A stretch of 64,000 bases of DNA from Octopus vulgaris. Taxonomy: Eukaryota. Made by a program: the position numbers and the translations under genes. Where the stretch lies: assembly GCA_951406725.2 (NCBI GenBank), contig OX597820.1, forward strand, positions 41,044,001-41,108,000, in the 5' to 3' direction. Shown piece by piece: positions 41,316 through 56,769 of the stretch (the first letter of the stretch is position 1; the number at the start of each line of letters is the position of its first letter). Below the pieces are notes generated by a model that made no database searches, had not been told where the DNA came from, and saw nothing but the letters and a program-made list of their open reading frames with translations.

Positions 41316-43554
41316 TTTCTTTTTAACAAATTTTTGCAAAATCTCTGGCTGAAGACCTGTGTCAGACACAAGTGTTTCGAGAATCCTCAGAAAAAAAGCA
41401 AATAACACGATTAAAAGGAAAAATAAACCCAGTTGGTCTGGCGTTGAATGGGACGACATACTTGAATAAACCTGTGTCAACTTCAGTATGTACTATAGTC
41501 TTATATTTATTAATCGGTCTTTCTTTCGAGTTACTGTATTGGTATAAAGGGACACAACTCCACTAGTTTATACAAGCAAATCTACACGCAGGTTCACATA
41601 CATATGCATACGAAGCATCGAATTCTACTTACAAGGACTCGTTTAGTCCGAAACTACACTAGAAGAGACTGTTCCAAGGCCATTGCAAAGTGGGGAATTT
41701 AACAAGGAGCCCACGATTATGGAATACACAGCTATGCCAAGATATATTCATATTTTCATATTTGAAAGTACGTTAATGTATAGAAGATAGATAAGCACTA
41801 ACAAAGACTCATTGTCGAATGGAGCGAATAAAAGCGTCTCTCTCCACCTCTCTCTCACTCACTCTCTCACTCACACACACACACACACTCACTAACTCAC
41901 TCCATATCTCTCCCTTCTTTCCTCTCTCCCTCTCTATCTATCTCACTCGCTCTTTCTCTTTGTGAATTACCAGCTAGAAGCTCTCGACTGACAGAGCGTA
42001 GCTGTCTGCAGGCTCGGGATTGTTTGTACTGAATGAAGTTGGGCGATGATAGAGTAATGTAACCATGGAGAACAATACCATTGGCCGATTAAATATAGTG
42101 AGGCCCAAGAAGAAAGTGGTGATTTTAGGGAAGATAGCAATGATGATGATGATGATGATGACGACGACAACGCTGACGATTATAAGAAAAGGAAATGTAG
42201 AACGACAACAATAAGTTTGCAAAAGAAAGCGGTTTCCCCAGGAGACAGTACGAAATTTCAAAGATAGTGATTAGGGCATCTTTATTTACAAATCTTTTCA
42301 CTTTTAAGGCGTATTATAAGAATAGAAGCCTACCCCTGATACTTGATTGGCACTGTATTTTATTAACTATGGAAAAATGAAAAGCATGATCATAAAAGAT
42401 TGCAACCAAATACCACTAGATATTCTGTTCAAATGATAGAGAAATTCGTTTAATCCTTCCATCAACCTTTTGGACATAACTTTTATCAACGGAAGACAAA
42501 GTGGGTTTCGCCGAAAGATGAGCTCAAAGCATAGATACTTTATACTATCGACACTGAAAGGATGGGTTCGAATTCAGAGCTATAACGAAATACACAAATG
42601 TATTCCGACCGCGTCAAACAATACCACCAGTCGAATGTCATTATAAATACTTAATGATAATTTCTAATTCAGGCCCAGAGTCAAATATCGATTAATGTTA
42701 AGCAAAAAGTTAGGATTGCAAATTAGCAGAATGGGAAAATGGGTGCTGAAGCCGATATCAACATTGTTCTTCATTTTCGCAACGTCTCAGATTGTTCACC
42801 TCCCAAAATCATTTTGCTTAAAGGCTACATGTGAATTCATAAAAATAAAACCTCGTAAAATTTGCTCATTTGTATGTTATATTCAATTTGAAAATGGATA
42901 TCAAGATATGTTGTCTTAGGAGTTTGTGCAGGTAGTGCTGAAAAAGTTCGACAAAGTTTCTGTTATACGCGCACATGCATACATACATACATACATACAT
43001 ACATACATACATACATACATACATACATACATACATACGTACATACATACATACATACATTTATATATACATATATACATACATACATAGTCACAAACAC
43101 AAACACACACACATATGTATATGCATATATTATTCATGTACATATCTGTATACGTATGTATGTATGTATGTATACATTATGAATATGTGTACATATATAC
43201 ATACACACATACATAAACATATATACATGCACACACACACACACACATACACATATCTATGTATGCCTGTGTATGCATGTATGTATGTATGTATGTATGT
43301 ATCTATCTATATAATGTATGTATGTATATGTGTATATATATATATACATACACACATACATAAGCATATATACATGCACAAACACAGACACACATCTATG
43401 TATGCATGTATGTATATCTATCTATATATATCACACACACACACACATATATATATATACATATATACATATATAATATATATTATATTATATATATGTT
43501 ACATAATATATATTATATTATATATATGTTACATAATATATATTATGTAATATA

Positions 43555-43601
<47 letters not shown>

Positions 43602-43807
43602 TATATATTACGTATATATATATACATATACATACATATACATACATATACATACACACACACATATATATGTATATATGCATATATGCGTGTAAAATAG
43701 AGAAAGAAAGAGAGAGATCTGTAAATACAGTTACGGAAGCGAGGAGAGTATTAAGTGCGATAATAGTGTGTGTGTGTGTATGTATGTGTGTGTGTACGCA
43801 CATGTGT

Positions 43808-43840
<33 letters not shown>

Positions 43841-44049
43841 ATTGCTGGCGTCTAACAAGACGACAGTGGAATGGATTGGCAAATTAATTTCCTTGACAAA
43901 CATCATAATGGGTTATGGAGAGTTGATGCGTATGCTTTGTTTTTAAATCTCCCAATCTTGCCGTGTTTACAAAAGTCTTTGTCCGTACCAAGCTCAGTGA
44001 GAGTCATGCCAGACAAATAGGTCATATATGTGTGTGTATGTAAGCAGGA

Positions 44050-44082
<33 letters not shown>

Positions 44083-44261
44083 TGTGTGCTTGTGTGTGTT
44101 AAAGTGAAGTTATTATTTTAAAGCACGTTACTGACAAGGAAATGGTGTACCGAAAGTCTCGTCAAATTTAGTATAAAATACGTTTTGACGGATTTAATTT
44201 TTGCTTGATGGCTTATTCCTCCTGCTAAATAAGCCGTCAGTCGAAATCTACACGCGCACGG

Positions 44262-44296
<35 letters not shown>

Positions 44297-44499
44297 GTGT
44301 GTGTGTGTGTGTGTGTGTGTCTGTAGACGTATGCAAATAGAAATGTTGGCAGGTAAGTAGGTAGGTAGGTACACAAAGGGTGAAATATTATTGGACCAAT
44401 TATTATGTCGGATACATTGTCCTACTTTAGCCGTTCCGGACTCTGCTCTTTGAGTTCAAATTCAAGTCCTGTAATAAGATCGTTAATAAGATCGCTTAT

Positions 44500-44536
<37 letters not shown>

Positions 44537-45072
44537 CCTCCCTCTCACCCTCTCTCTCTCTCTCTCTCTCTCTCGCTTTCACACTCCCTTGCATAATCTT
44601 TCTCGACTGAGACTCATACACATACTATATGTATCCTTATTCCCACTCTCTCTATCTCTCTTTATGTCTTTCCCTCTCTCTCTCTTTCGTTCTTTCCTTC
44701 ACTCTCACGTTTTACCTTCTGAAAGAAATCTGGACTGGGGCTGCCCCCAGGCCTATATATATATCTCCAAAAGTTGTGGGCTCCATTCAAAGTAGTACAC
44801 ACACACACACACATACACTCGCAAACACACACATGTGTATATATTAAATACAAACACACACAAGGCAAAAGTGAGAGAGAGAGAGAGAGAGATGGGAGAG
44901 AGAGAGGGGGAGAGAGAGAGAGCAGTGTTCAGCTTTCGATATATTTTCTAATACTTTAAATCTTGTGCTAAGTTTTCTCCTTATTTGTGCAATCATATTT
45001 GCTTCAGCTCACTTGCACACACACGCACACACGTACACACGCACACACACATACACACACAAACACACACAC

Positions 45073-45114
<42 letters not shown>

Positions 45115-46359
45115 CTCATACACACACACAAACATTGACGTTCATAAATTCGAACACGCAGTACCAGAAAACTGTTGAATTTTGCGGCAGTGAAGTAGTA
45201 CAATGTTTGATCCACATGTAGCGAATGCTAGCTAGCCTCATTTTACATTTAATGTTTATGAATAATAAATTATATCTAAGTGGAACTCAATTCTCTTCCA
45301 ATTGAAGATAATTAGAAACAAATATTTTTACATAATATTTAAACTGATTTATATATGAGCTAGTATTTTAAACAATGCTAATGTTTTCATCTCTCCAACT
45401 TAAAAGAATGGACGCATGTCTGTCTGAGTGTGTATGTGTCTGTGTCTGTGTGTGTATGTATATATACATATATATATGTGTGTATATGTGCGTGTGTATG
45501 TATGCATGAATATGTATTTATATATGTATAAATATTTATCCATGTATGTTTATATATGAGCGTTTGTTGCGTGAATTTGTTTTCGCACACACACATACAC
45601 ACACAGACACCTCACTCGCCAACATGGAGAGCAAATTACCCGTAAGGAATAGCAGTCACAGAATATCCCTCATCAGCCGTGTTTATAGTCAAGCATCATA
45701 ACGATTTCGGTGCGTGTATCTGAGATGTGCATTCTTATATTTTTACTTGTTTTCAGACACTGGACTGCAGTAATGATGGTTCCTACCTTTAGTGTTTTAG
45801 TCAATTCTATCAACATTAAATATCGATAAGCTCGTTTCATAAATATCTATTCTTAGAGTGGTTAAGCTGGCCATATTTTCATTCCTTTAATGATGTGTTA
45901 TCGTAGGGTATACGTATGTACAAACGCACGCACAATGGAATCTGCTTATTGTGATGCGTTTGGAACAGATCCATTTAGTTAAGAATAATATTAAACACAG
46001 TATATAGCAATAATCTGAGCGTGTTTGCTAGCCTAGAGGGCAGCACAGTGGTATGAAACTGGAACAAGGTAGTTACAAGAGAATCACTTAATTGCATGAA
46101 CATAACGATTTAAAAACACTAGAAAATGCTTTTAATACCTGTAATCGAGTTTATTGACATGAATTTATACGCGTGTGCGTGTACAGGTGTACTTATCGCA
46201 TTAGATGTAAACCTTAACGTTGTCTAGTTTAAAAGAGTAAAATAATTTTTTAAATAATGCTGAATATGACCGAAATCTTTATTCTCCTTTTTTCTGCCTC
46301 GGTATATTTTACAAAGATGACTGCTCTCGATTTTCGCGAATAAATCTCTACAAAACCAC

Positions 46360-46730
46360 TGGTGTGGTGGAAGTGTAGAGAAGCCTGCTTCTTTATATGT
46401 GCTCTGGGGTTGATTACCCGTGCCCGGCACTTTGGGTAAGTGTTTTCTACTATAGAAATGCACCGACCAAAAATGTTACAAGCAGATTTCACGCCCGTGT
46501 ATTTATATATCTATGTGCCTGCGTTATGGTGTTTATGTTGTATTTGTCCCCTACGACCGCCTCAAAATCGGTGTTGGTATGTTTACGTCCACGTAATCTA
46601 GCAGTTTCGGCAATAAGTAACTGAGAAAATAAGCACTAGGCTTTAAAAAAAAAATGTTAAACTGTGGGGTCGATTTATTTCACTAAACCCTTGAAGAGTT
46701 CCAATAACTGGAAAAAGTAAAAAAAAAAAA
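46360..46730 (+). mobile_element. SINE family B, highly diverged; a divergently oriented minus relic lies at ~45740-46110
   Basis: cactttgggtaagtgttttctactatag ... tttgtccc ... ggtgttggtatgtttacgtcc ... gtcgattt. Confidence 0.65.
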
Positions 46731-47123
46731 AATAAATAAACGATAAAAGTCCCCTGCTATTGTACCCTTTCCTAGACGAAAAAAAAGTCAAAATTGATAT
46801 CATCTATTTAATGTTTATCATAGTTCTTTCATTAAATTTAGTTAGAGTAATTTAACTGGTTTTATTGACAAGACTAAATGTTATACTGTTTCTAGAATTC
46901 TTTTCATTATGGGTCTATTCGCGAAAGGCTGAACCCGGACTAAATATGAACAACACGAAAAGATTAAGATAATATTCCGGAAGTTTTAAATTATTTGTCT
47001 CGAAACATCATATGATGAATATTGAGTGAGGAAAACGTTTCCCATCTGAATATCACGTCATTGTTTATTTACTATATAATCCCAGAGTGGTAACTATATA
47101 CCAATATTCTGTGTATGTGTGTA

Positions 47124-47157
<34 letters not shown>

Positions 47158-47417
47158 TGAATATGTGTATGTGTGTGTGTGTGAATGAATGTGCTTACGA
47201 TCTAAAAACAATTAGTTAATTTATTATTAAGCTAGGATTAAGAGCAATATTAAGCTAGGGTGATGGAAGAGCAAAGGAAGGAGAGAAATTATAGGTGTAT
47301 CAAAGTAGCAGTGAAAATGGCGGCGGCGGTGACGGTGGTGGTGGCGGTGGTGGTGTTGGGTGGGTAGCAATAGTAATGGTTGTAGTCGTGGCGATGATGA
47401 TGATGATGATGATGATG

Positions 47418-47498
<81 letters not shown>

Positions 47499-48694
47499 TA
47501 ATAATAATGAAAGCTTTAAAAAAAAGGGCAAAGAAATATTTGAGTGAAAGATTTCTAAGAGATTCTTCCTTAACGAATATCAAGAAATAATTCTATAAGT
47601 AATGGCGTCGGCGGGGGTGAGGAGGGTAGCTGCAGTGTGGATACAGGGTGCTGTGGGGGGCAAAACAGGGACAGACAATGAGGGAGGAAAAAGTGAGAGG
47701 GTGTATGTGTGTACATGAGTGCGTGGTGGGAAGTTTTGATGGGTGAATGGGTGAATGGGTGCCTGGCAGACACATTTTTGACAGAACGTTGGAAAATAGC
47801 AAAATGCTAAAAAATAAACAGGAGCGGAGGTGGAGAGGAAAAGATTATTATGGATGATGGTAATGATGGTGGTGGTGGTGGTGGTGGTGCTAGTGCTGAG
47901 GGTGGTGGTGGTGGTAATGGTGGTGTTTGTGGTGGCAGTGATGGTGGTCTAAGGAAACAACTTCCTTTGCTGTCTTTCATTGCTGCTCCAGCCAAGCCTA
48001 GCTAACTGCCATGAGGTAAGTTGACAAGGAAAGAGGATATGTGTGTGTGTGTGTGTGGGGGGGGGGGTGTATGTATGTGTGTGTATGTGTGTGGGTGAGA
48101 ACAGAGGAGAGGGTGTGTTAGGATTTCCCGAGATATGGGTATCGGGGAGAGACTGTGATTGTGGAATATTATGGAATACTTAATGTAACAAAGTGCCCAC
48201 TTAGGCGATGGTGGAGAAGATAAGAATTAATAGCATTGGTGGTGGTGATGGTGGTGGTAGTGGTGGCGGTGGTGGTGGTGGTGGTGGTGGTGGTGGCAGT
48301 GGTGGTGTTGGCGGCGGCGGCGGCGGTGGTGGTGGTGGTGGTGGTGGTGGTTGCAGTGGTAGCATTCGTGGTATCAGTGTGCTTGAACATTATAGTAGCG
48401 GTGGTAGTATTGATGTTGGTGATGCTGATGGTGCTGTAGTTCGGTTTGAGTACTTGTGTTGCGGGTAACAGTATGTTTGTGGCAGTGTTAGTGATGATGC
48501 TGGTAAGAAGAAGCAGTGGCGGTTACTATTATAGAATGATGGCCACGCTAACGGTGGTGGAAAGCAGAAGCAAGAAGGGTGGCAGTAGTGATGGTTGATT
48601 GTGCTAAGAATTGTATTAGGGAAGATTGGGGCAATGGTAAGGAAGGTAGCGCTCATGTCTGTTGCATGATGTATATATATGGATGGGCAGCTAG

Positions 48695-48967
48695 ATGGAT
48701 GAATGATGGATGGATAGATGGATGGATGGATGGATGGATGGTTGGTTGGTTGGTTGGATGGATGGTTGGTTGGTTGGTTGGATGGATGGGTGGATGGATG
48801 GATGGATGGATCGATGGATAGAATGGTGGATGGATGGAGGGATGGATGGTTGGTTGGTTGGTTGGTTGGATGGATGGATGGATGGATAGAATAGTGGATG
48901 GATGGAGTGGTGGGTGGATGGATGGATGGATGGATGGATGGATAGAATGGTGGATGATTGGATGGAT
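48695..48967. repeat. (GGAT)n/(GGTT)n tetranucleotide repeat
   Basis: Visible directly. Confidence 0.95.
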
Positions 48968-49795
48968 GTCTGATTGTGTCAACACGAAGGGTTGGTCCTG
49001 AAATGGGAAGAAGGAAACGTAATTCGGTCATGGAGAGATGGCGTGATAAAACTTTAAACGTGCTTCTTCTGGTGAAAGTAACCGAGACAGAAATAAAGGC
49101 AAGTTTTAGAATTAAGTTTGGCCAATTCTCAGTCTCAGCAAATAATCGCGTGATATAAAATTATATGTAAGCTATGATGTAACATACTGATGGGTCATGG
49201 GTGAATGCAATAAAGCCAAAAGTAAATTTAGACAAGGAAAAAAAGATGTGTGTTGATCTCGGATGTAGACCTAGTGTTAAGACAAGAACATAGCTGATGG
49301 CATAGTGTTCAGCGTATTATTTATGCTGTCCTTGTCATTTTCATAAATATGTAGTAAGACGAAGTCGATTGTAACTGAGGTTTTTAACTGTCTTATCTTG
49401 ATCATCACTATCACCCTTTATTCAAAGATAAAATAAAGAGCAAATCTAAGGAAGTAGTGAAGCTTAGATAGTTGGGGAGAAAGAGTTGTCTGTATTATTA
49501 TGGTTAACTGTATCATTACTGAAAATGTAATCAAACTGTTATTAATATCAAGATTACTAGGTCACAATCAGTTTTTTAAAAAAATTAATTGAAACTTAAC
49601 AGTTTTACAGATACGGTTTATCAAAATTCTTACGTTACAGACCTCTAGAGAAAGAAAACACACAAACTACTACTACTACTAACTACTACTACTACTACTA
49701 CTACTACTACAAAGAATTGTGCGTTAGTGCTGAGAATGGAGATACTGATGTGTTGGTTGGTTTGGCTGGAGGCATTACTTTGTGCATACACATAC

Positions 49796-49839
<44 letters not shown>

Positions 49840-50577
49840 TGCCCATCATTGTTAATGCTTATGTAGAGAAAAGTTAAAGAAATAGCGATATAAGCGACTA
49901 TCTAAAAGCCAATTATATTAAATTTGAAAATTATTTGGAATAGGTCCAAGTGCCACTGAGAACTCCTTTTGGTCTATACTGTAGAAATCAATGCATGAAT
50001 ATATATATATATATGTGTGTGAGTGTGTGTGTGTAAAAAACTGGATTGTGTAGAAAACAATTGGAAAATGATGTATGAAAACACCAAAGAAAGATAGCAG
50101 AGCATATACGGTACAACTTGATGCAATAAGAAAACCTTTAGGTGGTCCCTTAGTCTGCTAGGAACAGCAGCCAGAAAAAAGTTATATATATATATATATA
50201 TAGCATATTCTACCTTGTTAATGTAGAATAAATGAAATGCTATGATGGATCACATACCCCAAGACACTCGGCTGAAATAAAGACGAATTGGTCATGAATG
50301 GAGAATCTTTGATCAATGGCTTTCTAATAGATAGTTAGCATCATGTTAAACAATGCGTACATGGCCACCCAAACACGCTCGCGCACATACACATGCACGT
50401 ATACAAATACACACGCACATGCATGCGCGCACACACATGTGCGGACATTTTGTTGTTTAGGCACACCCCAGGGTAGCTCTGAGTAAGCAGTAATATGATC
50501 ACTGGCGGTGATACTTATTTATATATATGTGTGTGTTTGTATACGTGTGTCTATGTGTATGTACATACGTATATTTG

Positions 50578-50623
<46 letters not shown>

Positions 50624-50715
50624 TGTATGTATGTATTGTGTAATGTAAGAATTGTCAAGTTATGAACAGCCCAGCCCTCGGCGAAACTTGGAATAGACAG
50701 TAAACTTTTGCTATA

Positions 50716-50790
<75 letters not shown>

Positions 50791-51560
50791 GGTATGTATA
50801 AACATTTACATACATATAGGAATATTTGTATTTGTATGCATGCACTCACATACACACAAAGAAAAGCACATGACAATATGCATGCATGTATGTGTGTGTG
50901 TGTGTGTGTGTACTTGTGTGTGTCTGTGTGTGCGTGTGTGTGCGGGCGTGTTGCACGTGTGTGCGTGTGCATGTGCGTGTTTAAGTTTAAGAATCCATAA
51001 ACTAAACAAGGCAAGGAAGTCAGACGCCAATATAATAAAAAATACAACCAAAGCAAAAAAACAAACAAACTGTAATCTTGGCTGTATTTATTATTGAAAG
51101 TAATAGCAGTAGAAAGAATAGTAGCGGTTGTGGTGATGGTGGTCGTAGTGGCAGTAAATGTACTAGTTCAGTGGTGGCTGGAGTGCTTGCTTGAGTAGAA
51201 TTGGTTGTAGGGGAGATAGTTATAATAGAGGTGGTTGTATGGAAAGCTTGTTATAGTGATAGTTGTTGTTGTTGTTGTAGTGGTGGTGGTGGTGGTGGTG
51301 GTGGTTTTGATGGTCGTGCTTGCAGTGGACTGTTGTGGTGGTCATAGTTTTTGCGCCGATTGATGCAGTGTTATTTATTTATTTTAGCGATACTGGTACT
51401 ATTTGCTAGTATAGCCTGGTTTAATTGTCTGCTGTTAGTTAGTGACCAACTATACTCGTACACGTTTTATAAAAGCGATGTCAGTGTATTTATTGGTTGG
51501 GACTGAGTGTTGTGACAGTGGTGGTGGCGTCGGCGGTTGTGGTGGTGGCTGTGGTGTTGT

Positions 51561-51607
<47 letters not shown>

Positions 51608-52112
51608 GGTGGTGATGAGAATGATGAAAGGGATGATGGTTGTGCTATAGTGACGGAGGTGGTTGTGGTTGCTGTAGTGGTGATAGTGGTGATGGACGTT
51701 GTGGTGACGGTAGGAGTGGCGGTGGCGGCGGTCATCGTCGTGGCCTTAGCAGTGTGACAATACTTGTAGTTGTGGTGGAGATTGTGATGGTGGTGGTAGT
51801 GTGAAAATATGGGTGGTGGTGTTGGTGTTGGTGGTGGTAGTGTGAAAATATGGGTGTTGGTGTTGGTGTTGGCGGTGCTGGTGGTGGTGGTGGTAGTGGT
51901 GGTTATGGTGGTGGTGGTGGTGGCGGTGGTAGTGTGACAGTACGGGTTGTAATGGTGGCGATGGTGACGGTTGAGATAGTGGTAGTACTGGGTGTTGGTT
52001 CTAATTGTGGCTGTGGTAGTGGTGACAATACTGTTGTTGGTGTTAGTAGTACTGTTGTGGCTGCGATGAAGATGCTCATTTCTGTGACAAGCGTATTGGT
52101 GATAGTATAGAT

Positions 52113-52324
52113 CAGGGGTCGGGGAACCTTTTTAACCAATTACCCCAAAATATATTTACGCTGACGTTACCTACTTTATCAGAAAGGAAGAAAATCATAG
52201 ATAACAAAGAACACGTTTCTTTACATATACATAATTTCATTTATGTCTAATGAATCCTCGTTACTCCTCAAGTATTTCATTTTTACCCCACTTGGGGTAA
52301 TTTGCTACGGTTCGCCGACCCATG
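52113..52324. mobile_element. hAT-Charlie-type MITE, 212 bp, with 8-bp TSD
   Basis: Terminal inverted repeats caggggtcggggaacc / ggttcgccgacccatg (14/16); gtatagat at 52105-52112 and 52325-52332; internal palindrome ttacccca-ct-tggggtaa. Confidence 0.9.
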
Positions 52325-53165
52325 GTATAGATTGTGTGTTAGTGGTGGCAGCGCTGGGGACGGTGCTGATGGTGACATAGATTGTTGTGATAGGCTTGGT
52401 GGCGGTGGTGATTGTTGCGACAGTGGTTATGGTTGTACTTTTACGAAGGCGCTGGTGGTGGTGGTGTTAGTGATGGTATTGCTTGTGTGGTAGTATTGTT
52501 GTTTGTGGTGGTGTTGGTGGTGATGGTGGTGGTGGTGGTGGTATGACTTCTGTAACAACGGTGGTGGTGGCACAGCTTGTGTGACGATGGTTGCACAGGA
52601 ATTTATTATTGTGGTAGTAGTGATAGTGATAAAAGTGTAGTGATGGTTACGGTAGCAGTAGTGTTTGTTTTGTTAGTAACAGTGTCAGCTGTATTGAAGT
52701 AGTGCTGTTGATGATGCTAAAACAAGGTCAACCTGATAAAGCACTCCAACCTTGGCCATCACTTTTAAAAACTTTATTATCCAGTTTCATTTCCTTCCCA
52801 AAGATGGTTTGATGTGTGAGGGAGATCTGATTGTTAGTTCTAACGTTGTTCTACATGCCTTAGTCATAATACTGTTTGTTCAAAGTTTAGCTCAAAGTCA
52901 GCATAAAACAGGCAGATCTATGATCAAAGGCCTTCCAGCTGCGATCATCCTGTCCTTTCTTAGTGTAACTAGAACTACCTTATCCTATATCGTTATATAT
53001 ATATATATATATATAAATCTTTTTTGCTAGTTTATTTTGTCTCTCTGTCCTCTCTCCTAGCGCCATATGAACATTTAAGGTGGCTTTAGGGTCAGGGTTT
53101 TAACTGCTATTTCAGCATGGTGGTATCTCTCAGATACCCTAATTTATAGTTTTATATATATATAT

Positions 53166-53332
53166 AGGCGCAGGTGTGGCTATGTGATAAGAAATTTGCT
53201 TCCCAACCACATAGCTCAGGTTTCAGTCCCACAGAGTGGCACCTTGGGCAAGTGTCTTCTATTATAGCCTTGGGCTGACCATATTGAGTAGACGGTAACA
53301 GGAAGAGGCCCGTCGGTTAAATAAATAAATAA

Positions 53333-53372
<40 letters not shown>

Positions 53373-53598
53373 CTACTCCACCACCACTTGTGTGTGTGTG
53401 TTTCTACTCCACCATCACTTGACAACCGATGTTGGTGTGTTTGTGTCCCCATAACTTAACAGTTCGACAAAAGACACTGATAGAATATGTACTAGGTTTA
53501 AAAAATTTAAAAGTCCTGGGGTCGATTCGTTCAACTAAAATTCTACGAAGCAGTGCCCCAGCAGGGCCGCAGCCTAATGACTGAAACAAGTAAAAGAT
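53166..53598 (+). mobile_element. SINE family B, full-length, with a small internal duplication
   Basis: aggcgcaggtgtggctatgtg ... gactgaaacaagtaaaaga; gtttctactccacca(c/t)cacttg occurs twice. Confidence 0.9.
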
Positions 53599-54416
53599 AA
53601 TATATATGTGTGTGTGTGAGAGTGCGTATGTGTCTATGTGTAGGTGAGATTTTAGGGCGATTTTACTGCTATTTCTAGCAGACCATTCAAGAAGCTCCTT
53701 CATTGATTAGGCATCCCTGTCGATGATGCCGGTGGTTTCGGCGATAATGGTTGTGGCGGTAAGAGGTCGGTGAGTACTAAGTCTGTGAGTACTGGTCGAC
53801 GAGTACTAACCGTATTCAGAGTTTATACCAGCAGTTATAATAATGATGACGATAACCACATCAAAACAATAAACCTCAATAACAACAATAATTAATTTTT
53901 TTTTTTTCCTTTTATTTATTTATTTTTTTTAATCGGTGCTGACAGTGATAATGGTAATGTTGGTCATGTGATGGTTAGCATCAATGTTAAATGTTGTTTG
54001 ATTGGCTAAAGATGGGCGGGCAGGGGGGGGGGGGAACATGTCTGCAGTTGTCGCTGTTGTGGGGGTGCTGGTGCTGGTGTTGGTGGTGTTGGTGGAGTTG
54101 TGTTGGAGGTTTGTTGGAGGGGTGGTGTGGTGGTGGTTGTTTTGGTGGTTGTGGTGGTAGTGGTGGTAGTGGTGGCTCGATGTAGTAACATTACAATAAC
54201 CACAGAAATGATCGGTACAGAAAATGGAGAAAAGAAAGAAAATGCAGGGAGACTCACAGAGAGTGCAGGAGGAGGAGGAGGAGGAAGAGGAGGTTCTGTG
54301 GTAGTAGTTGTGGTTGTGGTGGGAGTGGTGGTGGTGGTAGTGGTGGTGCTTCGGTGTTGGTGAATGTTTTTTTTTTTTGAGTTGACATTACGGACTAATT
54401 TCTGCTGATGTTGGTG

Positions 54417-54447
<31 letters not shown>

Positions 54448-54642
54448 TAAATTTTGTATGTTTTATTCATTTTTAAAAAATTTATTTTTTACATTATTTT
54501 AACGATAATTATGCAGCTAGTGATGATAACGTTGATGTTGTTGCTGTTGCTGCTATTGCTGCTGTTGCTGCAGCTGGTCATGATGTTTACTGCTGCTGAC
54601 CCTGACAATGATGATGATTATGATGATGGTGATGGTGATAAC

Positions 54643-54691
<49 letters not shown>

Positions 54692-54769
54692 CGGTCTTTG
54701 TTAAGAAAGCAGCATGCCCACAACTTCAGCACATAATAGGAGAAAAAAATAGTCACAACGGATTATTTC

Positions 54770-54786
54770 ACATATACATACATACA

Positions 54787-54820
<34 letters not shown>

Positions 54821-54931
54821 CATACATATATATATATATACGTACATATATATATATATATACATACATATATATATATATACATATATATATACATATA
54901 TATATATACATACATATATATATATACATAC

Positions 54932-54966
<35 letters not shown>

Positions 54967-54971
54967 CATAC

Positions 54972-55007
<36 letters not shown>

Positions 55008-55020
55008 GCATACATATATA

Positions 55021-55052
<32 letters not shown>

Positions 55053-55061
55053 CATATATAT

Positions 55062-55144
<83 letters not shown>

Positions 55145-55250
55145 ACTTATATATATATATATATATACATATCTATATGTATATACACATACATGCATAC
55201 ACTCATACATACATATATACACAAGCACATACTCACACGCACACACATAT
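54770..55250. repeat. (TACA)n/(TA)n compound microsatellite
   Basis: Visible directly. Confidence 0.95.
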
Positions 55251-55632
55251 ACATGGATGGGGTATAGATATCAGCTATAAATTAGGTAAGTGGAGGTGAT
55301 AACATCAAGCATAGCGCTCTCCTAATGTTGTTGTTTAATGCGGTAATAGAAAGAGCGGTAGTTATGGCTGTGATAGAGGTAGGGTGAGGGCGGATTAGTG
55401 TTGTCGCTTTGTTGATACTATTAAATCATAGTGGAATGGGTTTTGCTGCACATTGAACAATTTGTTGGAAAGTGTGTCTATATGTTTTCACATACGTACA
55501 CATATGCACACACCTGTATATGTAAGCACACGCACACATACATACATACATACATACATACATACATACATTCATACATACATACATATAAATATATATA
55601 TATATATACATATATATTCACACCCTTTTAAA

Positions 55633-55855
55633 CTTTTACTCGTTTCACTTATTAGAAAGCAACCTTGCTGGAGCACCGTCTCGTAGAATCTTTTTTTAGT
55701 CAAATGTATTGACACCAGTACTGGTACTTCTATTGGTTTCTTTTGCCGAACCACTGAGTTACGGGGACGTAAACACACCGACACCGGTTGTCAAACGGTG
55801 GTGGGGAGACAAGTATAGCGACAAAGATACACACACACACAGAAATATACATATA

Positions 55856-55923
<68 letters not shown>

Positions 55924-56171
55924 TGTTTGTCCTCCAAAATTTGACATTTGAGATTATTAGGTGATGAAATGATGTCAAAATTTTGGGGACACCCTGTATA
56001 TATACATACATATATGTATAAATATGGGTGTGTATATATATATATATATCCACACACAAACGACAGACTTCTTTCACTTTTCGTCTACAGCCCCAAGGTT
56101 TCACGCAGTGGAACTGAAACCAGAGCCATATGGTTGGGAAGCAAGCTTCTTACCACACAGCCACGCCTGCG
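55633..56171 (-). mobile_element. SINE family B containing a nested Tc1/mariner-type mini-element
   Basis: Tail ctggagcaccg, body, internal microsatellite, head cttaccacacagccacgcctgcg. Confidence 0.85.
55928..55996. mobile_element. Tiny Tc1/mariner-type MITE
   Basis: Right end reads TA-cagggtgtccccaaaattttgacat on the minus strand; left arm tgtcctccaaaatttgacat is its eroded inverted copy. Confidence 0.65.
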
Positions 56172-56212
56172 TATATGTATATATATATATTTATATATAT
56201 ATATATATACAC

Positions 56213-56243
<31 letters not shown>

Positions 56244-56738
56244 TAAAGAAAGTGGAGTAGCTACGTATCATGTGTATCGGCAAGATATCTGTTGCTCTTC
56301 CAAGGATCTCCATTGCGTTATTTGTTCTGTGCAAAGCTACAAACACTTTTCTACTCTGACATCAAAATGCAGGAAACTTATTAGCAAGAAAGCTATTAGT
56401 CATAAATTATATGATATAGCAAAATCGAATGGCAGGGGCATTTGATAAGTTCCGAACCAGCTCTGCTCGTGTAAATCTTTATAATGAAAACTGTTCTTGG
56501 TACGGTAATCTCGTTTTCTTTTCTTTCATCGTCTAATGTGAGCGTCAATTTTCAAAACAGCCTTGAGTAATTTGCGAGTTTCTTTTTCTTCCTATTTCTA
56601 ACAGATCTGGAGATATTAATGGCATTTTCTGTCCATAAGTTTGATGAGATGATGGATTTATTTGTGGCGTGGCGGTGAACTTCTCGCTGTTGTCACCAAC
56701 ACACACACACATACACACACACACACAGACACACACAA

Positions 56739-56769
<31 letters not shown>

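Noticed and set aside
41349-41385. ctgaaga followed by a tgtgtc/gacaca stem as another hammerhead
   Set aside because: The GAAA and stem III half is missing; at most a deleted relic
43471-43550. 30-bp AT-rich unit repeated about 2.5 times
   Set aside because: Local minisatellite derived from (TA)n; no spacers, so not CRISPR-like
53765-53812. gagtact repeated three times with short variable spacers
   Set aside because: Too short and few to be an array; consistent with local slippage duplication
54454-55299. 281-aa ORF resembling a signal peptide plus poly-Asp acidic protein
   Set aside because: The Leu and Asp runs are (CTG/TTG)n and (GAT)n repeats and the ORF continues into (TA)n; chance concatenation is more likely, although RNA-seq could overturn this
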